A stretch of 63,812 nucleotides of DNA, the filler included, from an uncultured bacterium (GTDB lineage: Bacteria > CAZSTA01): NCBI GenBank assembly GCA_964609495.1. It is 3 parts of 3 records of this genome, joined end to end, with 100 filler letters (N's around TTAATTAATTAA, not from the genome) between each part and the next. Parts side by side here need not be neighbours in the genome. Positions count along the whole stretch, not along the records: positions 44,260 to 63,812 come from CAZSTA010000051.1; 2 more parts are not named here. One strand, 5' to 3'. This document shows, piece by piece, positions 57,823 through 63,812 of this stretch. Positions within the stretch are counted from its first letter, which is position 1; each line of letters begins with the position of its first letter. Under the pieces are notes generated by a model that was given only the letters and a program-made list of their open reading frames with translations, searched no databases and was not told the origin of the DNA. Position numbers and translations under genes: made by a program.

Positions 57823-58683
57823 CTATACCTCACTTTTAGAAGCTACTATAGTTACCCATCCCTCCTTCCTCTTGATCTCATCTATCCTCAAGCCAACTCT
57901 TTCGAGGCTTTCAATAACCTCGTTCTCTTTAGCTGGGATGATACCTGAAGAGATGTATCTGCCTTCAGGGAGAAGTAAAGAAGAAGCCGGTCTCGCTAAA
58001 GCTATTACAGTTTCCGCTATGATATTGGCTAATATGATATCGGCTTTGCTCTGAACCTCATCTAAACTCCCTAATTTCACCCTTATCTTTTCCGCTACTT
58101 GATTGCGAGAGATGTTCTCCTCGGCTACTGCCACTGCAATTGGGTCGATATCAAGAGCAATTACTCTCCCTGCAGACAGCTTAACCGCGGCTATGCTGAG
58201 AATACCTGAGCCAGTACCTACGTCGATCACCGAATCGCCACTCCGTAATCTCTTCTCCAAAACCTCTAGGCACATCTGAGTGGTAGGATGTAATCCAGTC
58301 CCGAAAGCCATCCCTGGGTCTAACTCAATCACCATATCCTCGGGGGAAGCCTCTATCCCCTCCCAAGAAGGTTTAATAACGATATGTCTGCCAACTCTCA
58401 CGGGATGATAATATTTCTTCCAGGAGGCGGCCCAATCCTCATCGTTAACCGTTTTGATCTCGATCTTAGGGGAAGTTAGAGCGAGTCCAAATTGAGATAA
58501 TTCATTAAGAGCTACTTTGATATCTTCCAATTTCTTCCCGCTCAAATCATCATCAGGAAGGTAGCCTATTATCTCTCCCTTATCTCCTGTAATAACGCCA
58601 TTTGTCCCTGCTTCATTAAGAATATTGGCGATAGCCTCTATCGCCTCTTCACTGCTCTCTATTTTTATTTCAAGCCATACCAT
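57823..58683 (-). CDS. prmA: Ribosomal protein L11 methyltransferase
   Basis: DWAASWKKYY, LDPGMAFGTGLHPTT, DVGTGSGIL, ANIIA; follows dnaJ. Confidence 0.97.
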   Translation of the reverse strand: MVWLEIKIESSEEAIEAIANILNEAGTNGVITGDKGEIIGYLPDDDLSGKKLEDIKVALNELSQFGLALTSPKIEIKTVNDEDWAASWKKYYHPVRVGRHIVIKPSWEGIEASPEDMVIELDPGMAFGTGLHPTTQMCLEVLEKRLRSGDSVIDVGTGSGILSIAAVKLSAGRVIALDIDPIAVAVAEENISRNQVAEKIRVKLGSLDEVQSKADIILANIIAETVIALARPASSLLLPEGRYISSGIIPAKENEVIESLERVGLRIDEIKRKEGWVTIVASKSEV

Positions 58684-58691
58684 ATAAAACC

Positions 58692-59807
58692 TTAATTTAA
58701 TACATCTTTGATTCTATTAAATAGACCTTTTTCGTTATTAGGCTTGAGTTTCTGCCCCTTTAATTTGGCTAACTCCAAGAACAACTCTCTCTCCCTCTGG
58801 CTCAGCTTAGTAGGAGTGATAACCCTAACCTTCACATACTCATCCCCACTGCCATACTGCTGGAGATGAGGGATACCTTTGCCCTTAAGAGCAAATACAT
58901 CCCCAGTCTGAGTCCCTGCTGGGATGTTGATGGTCTCTTCTCCCCTCAAAGTTGGCACTTTTATTTTATCTCCCAGGGCTGCTTGGGGAAAAGTTATGCC
59001 GACCTCACATATTATATCGTCTCCCTGCCTTTCGAATATCGGATGAGGTTCTATGTAGAAGAAAACGTACAGATCTCCTGGAGATCCCCCCAAGCGACCG
59101 GACTCCCCTTCGTTGGGAAGACGCACTCTCGAACCGGACTTTACTCCAATGGGAACTTTAACTGAAATACGACGGACGCGCTTTACCCTTCCTTCTCCTC
59201 GACAAGTGGGGCAAGGATTTACTATGATCTTCCCTCGCCCATGACAGCGCGGACAGGTAGTGATATTTACGAAACGACCGAAGACGCTATTTTGTACCTG
59301 CTGAACACTTCCCTCTCCCCTGCAGGTGGGACAAGTCTTTATATCCGACTTAGATCTCGCGCCGCTGCCTTTACAATCAGGACATATCTCTGTGCGAGGG
59401 ACTTCTATCTCCTTTTCCGCTCCAAAAGCGGCCTCCTCTAAGGTGATCTGCAAATCATATCTAAGATCATCCCCCCGCTCTGCCCTGGGTTGGCGAGTTG
59501 TCGTTCTCCTTTCTCCGAAGAAGGAATCGAATATATCTCCGAAGCCGAAGATATCTTCGAAATCCTCAAACCCTCCAAAACCCCGGGGACCTTCTGGTCT
59601 GCCAAAGCGATCGTAGTTAGCCCTCTTGCGCTCACTGCTCAATACCTCATAAGCCTCGTTTATCTCCTTAAATTTCTGCTCCGCCTCGGAATCAGGGTTT
59701 ACATCGGGATGATACTCCCTAGCTAACTTTCTAAAAGCTTTCTTTATCTCTGCTTGAGTAGCATTTCGAGCAACGCCTAAAACCTCGTAGTAATCACGTT
59801 TACTCAC
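58692..59807 (-). CDS. dnaJ: Chaperone DnaJ
   Basis: [13 protein letters not shown] region, four CxxCxGxG repeats; start may be up to 59822. Confidence 0.97.
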   Translation of the reverse strand: MSKRDYYEVLGVARNATQAEIKKAFRKLAREYHPDVNPDSEAEQKFKEINEAYEVLSSERKRANYDRFGRPEGPRGFGGFEDFEDIFGFGDIFDSFFGERRTTTRQPRAERGDDLRYDLQITLEEAAFGAEKEIEVPRTEICPDCKGSGARSKSDIKTCPTCRGEGSVQQVQNSVFGRFVNITTCPRCHGRGKIIVNPCPTCRGEGRVKRVRRISVKVPIGVKSGSRVRLPNEGESGRLGGSPGDLYVFFYIEPHPIFERQGDDIICEVGITFPQAALGDKIKVPTLRGEETINIPAGTQTGDVFALKGKGIPHLQQYGSGDEYVKVRVITPTKLSQRERELFLELAKLKGQKLKPNNEKGLFNRIKDVLN

Positions 59808-59877
59808 TGTTATCATCACCAACCGTTATCTAATTTATCATATATTACGCCAGGAGAAATGTTCTAAGCAATTTATA

Positions 59878-59903
59878 GCTATCGGATTTAATAATCCGAT
59901 AGC
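59878..59903 (-). terminator. Hairpin between dnaK and dnaJ
   Basis: GCTATCGGATT-TAAT-AATCCGATAGC perfect stem. Confidence 0.65.
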
Positions 59904-59940
59904 CTTGGATTAAGAAATGTTAAGTTTATAACGGATTACT

Positions 59941-61677
59941 CTATTTTTCCTGAAGTTCCCTCTTGAGAGTAGCTTCCAACTGCTCGAGATCTGCTATGCT
60001 AGATCTGATTTTAGCATATTCTTTAGCTCCTATCGCTTTATCTAACTCAAATATAGTATCTTGAATCTTCCTCGCTATCTCCGGTCTAATGCTATCCCCC
60101 TTCTCATTTGTAGCTTTTTCCATTCTATAAATTAGAGCGAAGGCTTGATCCAATAATTTTTCCTCATCTTCCCATTGTTTTTTAGAGTTTTCATGCTCTC
60201 TAGCCTCTTTACTCATCCTATCTATCTGCTCCTTAGATAAGCGAGAGATAGAAGTGATCTTAATGGACTGCTCCTTACCTGTCTCCGGATTCCTGGCGGA
60301 AACTGTGAGAATCCCATCAGCGTCTATATCAAAGGTGACCTCAATCTGCGGGATTCCTTGAGGAGCAGGAGGGATATTAATAAGCTGAAACTTACCTAAG
60401 CTTATATTATTTGTGGCTAGTTCATCCTCCCCTTGAAGAACATGAACTGTAACTACCGTTTGGTTATCGGCTACCGTGGTAAAGAGCTGAGTTTCAGAGG
60501 TGGGGATAGTGGTATTTCGTTCGATTATCCTAGTGAACACTCCTCCATGGGTCTCTATTCCCAGTGATAGAGAGGTTACATCTAATAGCAGGACATCTAA
60601 TCCATCCTCTCCTCCCAGAACCCCAGCTTGAATAGCGGCTCCGATAGCTACACATTCATCCGGATTAACCCCTCCAGTTGGGTCCTGGTGCAGTAATTCC
60701 TTTATTTTATCCTGCACCGCGGGAATCCTTGTAGATCCTCCTACTAATATTATCTTATCTATATTTTCAGGGGGTAAGCCGCAATCAGATAGGGCTCGAT
60801 GAGTAGGCTTTACCGTCTTCTCTACCAGATCCGCGGTCAACTCATTGAATAGCGTCCTACTGATAGTCATATTAAGATGTCTAGGACCTTGTTCATCGGC
60901 GGTTATAAAGGGGAGGTTTACCTCAGTAGTAAGCAAGGTGGATAACTCGATCTTAGCTCTCTCGGCCGCATCCTTTAACCTCTGCATAGCCATTCGGTCC
61001 TGGGAGAGATCGATCCCCACGTCCTTTTCGAATTCATCGGTTATATATTGAATTAATCGCTCATCAAAGTCATCTCCGCCAAGACGGTTATTCCCGCTGG
61101 TAGCCAAAACTTCGAAGACCCCATCACCTAACTGTAAGATGGAGACATCGAAGGTTCCACCTCCTAAATCGAAAACTAGGATAGTTTGATCTTGTTCCTT
61201 ATCCAGACCATAAGCTAGAGCAGCCGCAGTAGGCTCGTTGATTATCCGCAACACCTCTAATCCAGCAATAGTTCCCGCATCCTTGGTCGCCTGTCTTTGA
61301 CTATCGGAGAAGTAGGCTGGACAGGTTATCACTGCCTGAATGATCTTCTCTCCTAGATAACTCTCGGCATCGCTCTTCATTTTTTGAAGGATCATCGCTG
61401 ATATCTCTTGGGGAGTGTACTCCTTTCCATCGATCAAGATCCGACGGTCAGTACCCATATCCCTTTTCATAGAGACTATCGTCCTTTCAGGATTAGTTAT
61501 AGCTTGTCGTTTAGCCAATTGACCAACTAACCTCTGCCCATCGCTGGTAAAAGCTACGACCGAGGGAGTGAGACGCCCGCCTTCAGCATTGGGGATTATC
61601 TTAGCCTCCTTTCCCTCCAAAATAGCCATTACTGAATTAGTAGTTCCTAGATCTATACCTAACACTTTTTGATTCAT
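59941..61677 (-). CDS. dnaK: Chaperone DnaK (Hsp70), short C-terminus
   Basis: [43 protein letters not shown] linker. Confidence 0.96.
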   Translation of the reverse strand: MNQKVLGIDLGTTNSVMAILEGKEAKIIPNAEGGRLTPSVVAFTSDGQRLVGQLAKRQAITNPERTIVSMKRDMGTDRRILIDGKEYTPQEISAMILQKMKSDAESYLGEKIIQAVITCPAYFSDSQRQATKDAGTIAGLEVLRIINEPTAAALAYGLDKEQDQTILVFDLGGGTFDVSILQLGDGVFEVLATSGNNRLGGDDFDERLIQYITDEFEKDVGIDLSQDRMAMQRLKDAAERAKIELSTLLTTEVNLPFITADEQGPRHLNMTISRTLFNELTADLVEKTVKPTHRALSDCGLPPENIDKIILVGGSTRIPAVQDKIKELLHQDPTGGVNPDECVAIGAAIQAGVLGGEDGLDVLLLDVTSLSLGIETHGGVFTRIIERNTTIPTSETQLFTTVADNQTVVTVHVLQGEDELATNNISLGKFQLINIPPAPQGIPQIEVTFDIDADGILTVSARNPETGKEQSIKITSISRLSKEQIDRMSKEAREHENSKKQWEDEEKLLDQAFALIYRMEKATNEKGDSIRPEIARKIQDTIFELDKAIGAKEYAKIRSSIADLEQLEATLKRELQEK

Positions 61678-61721
61678 CTTAAACCCCCCTGCTATCGCTT
61701 GATATAGAGAGTTTTAACCTA

Positions 61722-62324
61722 TCATTTCTCATTATGATGCTCTTCTTCCCCAGGAAGAGCTGAAACTGTAACTTCGGAAGGTCTCAAGCACCTATCTTTT
61801 AACATATATCCTTTTCGTAACTCTTCAATCACATTGCCCTCAGGATATTTGTCAGTTGTCACCCTATCTAACGCTTTATGCACACTGGGATCAAAGCTCC
61901 GTCCTAAAGCTTCGATTGGAGTTACTCCTTCGCTCATTAGCAGATTCTTAAGTTGCTCATATATCATCTTTAATCCTTCTATTAGGCGATCTATATCCCT
62001 CTTCTTCTCAAGAGAATTAAACGCTGATTCAAAGCTATCCATAATAATTAAGAGCCGATGGAGTAATCTCTCATTAGCTTTCCTTATATGTTCATCCTTC
62101 TCACGTTCCAATCTCTTCTTATAATTCTCCAGACCCGCCTGAGCACGCGCTAATCGATTGAAGTATCTCTTCGACATCTCTCTTTCCTCGGCTATCTCCT
62201 CTTCTAACCTGAGAACCTTATCCTCTAAAGTCTCCTCCTCGGTTATCTCCTCTTCAACCGCCTCTATTTCAAATACTTCATCCTCTACATGCGTTTCCCC
62301 TAAAACTTCATCTTCCTCTTCCAA
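61722..62324 (-). CDS. grpE: Nucleotide exchange factor GrpE
   Basis: RAQAGLENYKKR, FDPSVH, KGYML.DR.LRPS.V.VS; TTG start after AAGGAAGGGG. Confidence 0.94.
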   Translation of the reverse strand: MEEEDEVLGETHVEDEVFEIEAVEEEITEEETLEDKVLRLEEEIAEEREMSKRYFNRLARAQAGLENYKKRLEREKDEHIRKANERLLHRLLIIMDSFESAFNSLEKKRDIDRLIEGLKMIYEQLKNLLMSEGVTPIEALGRSFDPSVHKALDRVTTDKYPEGNVIEELRKGYMLKDRCLRPSEVTVSALPGEEEHHNEK

Positions 62325-62477
62325 CGGGATCCCCTTCCTTTTGGCTATCATTGGGAGAGTTAATATCAATTATAATTTATGGAATTACTAAATTCGAATA
62401 GCCCCTGGCAGCGGCTGTGGGCTATCTCTATTATGATGTGGCACATCATACATAATTCATCATTACAAACTATTTAG

Positions 62478-62506
62478 ATTATAACACATTGCTCGTTTCT
62501 TGTCAA
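62478..62506 (-). promoter_or_regulatory. Consensus sigma70 promoter for grpE-dnaK-dnaJ-prmA
   Basis: TTGACA-17nt-TATAAT with TG extension. Confidence 0.8.
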
Positions 62507-62722
62507 CGGAAAGTATAGAGGTGAGTATAAAAATGAGAATTTTCGACTAATCCTGATATTTTATTAGTATTTCTCCTTTCAATCTCCTGATTAAATAGTC
62601 CGACATATCTCCATAAAACTGACTATATCCTTCTCCTCTTGGGTATTCACCATAGGAGCGAATATTACACCTATGGTTAGAGAGGATAAGGCTGAAAGTT
62701 ATTCCTGGAATAAACCAATCTT

Positions 62723-62751
62723 ATTATAGCATCGTTTCATTTCATTGTCAA
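62723..62751 (-). promoter_or_regulatory. Second, upstream consensus sigma70 promoter
   Basis: TTGACA-17nt-TATAAT with TG extension. Confidence 0.75.
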
Positions 62752-62784
62752 GGATTATAGAGGGATATTTAGGATTTGGAGAGC

Positions 62785-62813
62785 TTGACTTTTAAGGAAA
62801 AGTGCGATATAAT
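62785..62813 (+). promoter_or_regulatory. sigma70 promoter for the DUF89 gene
   Basis: TTGACT-17nt-TATAAT. Confidence 0.7.
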
Positions 62814-62857
62814 TTCTCTTGAGTAGAAGGTAAATAGAGATTGAGGGAGTTGAAATA

Positions 62858-63730
62858 GTGAGAGCGACTATAGACTGTGTATTATGTCTATTCAAACAGG
62901 CATTGTCGGCATCGCAGCTGATAACCTCCGATGAGGGTAAGCAGTTGGAAGTTATTAAAGAGCTAATGAGAGAATTACAGGATATAGAATATCCCCTGGA
63001 GAGAACTCCGGCTGAATATAGCTATGATGCTCTCCAGATTGCTTATCGTCTCTTGGATTCGAGGGATCCTTTTGCTGAGGCTAAGAGAAAACATAACCAG
63101 ATCGCTATGGAGTTATATCCCAAGTTGAGGGAGATCGTGGAGAACTCAAAGGATAGGTTACACACTGCGGCTAAACTGGCTGTGGCAGGAAATATAATCG
63201 ATCTGGGAGTATTTAAGGAATCCGAATTCGATCTTGAGGAAACCATCCAACACGCGTTAGAGGCAGGTTTTGCTATAGATCACTTCCCTAAATTTCGGGA
63301 GAGATTATCAGAATGCTCTAAGCTCCTTTACATATTAGATAATGCGGGCGAGATAGTCTTTGACAGATTATTCATCGAGGAGTTACAAAAGGAATTGGAG
63401 GTTGTAGGTGTAGTTAAAGGGGGACCGATCCTCAATGATGCTACTTGGGATGATGCAAAACAGACGGGATTGGACAAGGTGGCGAGGGTTATAGATAATG
63501 GAAGCGATATGGTAGGAACTGTTTTAGAACTCTGCTCGGAGGAATTTCGCCAGGAGTTCAATGAAGCGGATATAATCATTAGCAAAGGACAAGGCAATTA
63601 TGAGACCTTGGATGAGGAGGATAAGGATATATTCTTCATCCTAAAGGCTAAATGTGAGACAATAGCTAGGAATTTGGGAGTAGAATTAGGAGACGTAGTA
63701 TTTAAAAGGAGCGATCATCGTTCCAACTAG
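62858..63730 (+). CDS. DUF89/ARMT1-like damage-control phosphatase
   Basis: CxxC start, AVAGNIID, LDNAGEIVFD, PILNDAT, SKGQGNYETL, LKAKC. Confidence 0.93.
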   Translation: MRATIDCVLCLFKQALSASQLITSDEGKQLEVIKELMRELQDIEYPLERTPAEYSYDALQIAYRLLDSRDPFAEAKRKHNQIAMELYPKLREIVENSKDRLHTAAKLAVAGNIIDLGVFKESEFDLEETIQHALEAGFAIDHFPKFRERLSECSKLLYILDNAGEIVFDRLFIEELQKELEVVGVVKGGPILNDATWDDAKQTGLDKVARVIDNGSDMVGTVLELCSEEFRQEFNEADIIISKGQGNYETLDEEDKDIFFILKAKCETIARNLGVELGDVVFKRSDHRSN

Positions 63731-63812
63731 TCACAGGGGGTTAGGACTTAAGCAGTAATTTTAGGTCGTTTCTACTAGCAGCTAATTTATAAGGAGGTTG
63801 ATTGGAAAGATG

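Noticed and set aside
62507-62518. CGGAAAGTATAG resembling a family B end
   Set aside because: Only 10 contiguous bases match and there is no subterminal similarity.
155-63597. Numerous 60-160 aa ORFs antisense to or overlapping recognised genes
   Set aside because: Shadow ORFs without motifs or ribosome-binding sites.

Overview
Chromosomal DNA from an anaerobic-type bacterium with Firmicutes-like housekeeping genes plus outer-membrane proteins (two TolC, one Omp85-like barrel); the lineage cannot be fixed from sequence alone. The window is three contigs joined by artificial N/TTAATTAATTAA linkers (22065-22164, 44160-44259), so synteny across them is not real. Contig 1: YVTN propeller, ilvD, DksA-like gene, the ffh-rpsP-khpA-rimM-trmD-rplS-lepB-rnhB operon extended by HD-GYP, TPR and FHA genes, then a sugar-use locus (URO-D-like, GH27/36-like, tRNA-Leu(GAG), ABC transporter with a beta-propeller-permease fusion, (alpha/alpha)6-like protein) and a Phd-PIN toxin-antitoxin pair. 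Contig 2: NHL/TPR protein, FGGY kinase, a second sugar ABC/URO-D/dehydrogenase cluster, MFS, fucose-isomerase-like gene and a MacAB-double-TolC operon. Contig 3: ECF sigma-anti-sigma-RseB-(RpoD-like sigma)-DegP operon, an AT-rich island (wHTH-CDF-wHTH gene, fused restriction-modification enzyme, excisionase remnant), grpE-dnaK-dnaJ-prmA and DUF89. The most unusual signals are two families of transposase-less inverted-repeat ends occurring both empty and around single cargo genes, a nested 54-bp mini-element, a divergent group-2 sigma inside the envelope-stress operon, and two toxin-antitoxin modules whose toxins look attenuated.
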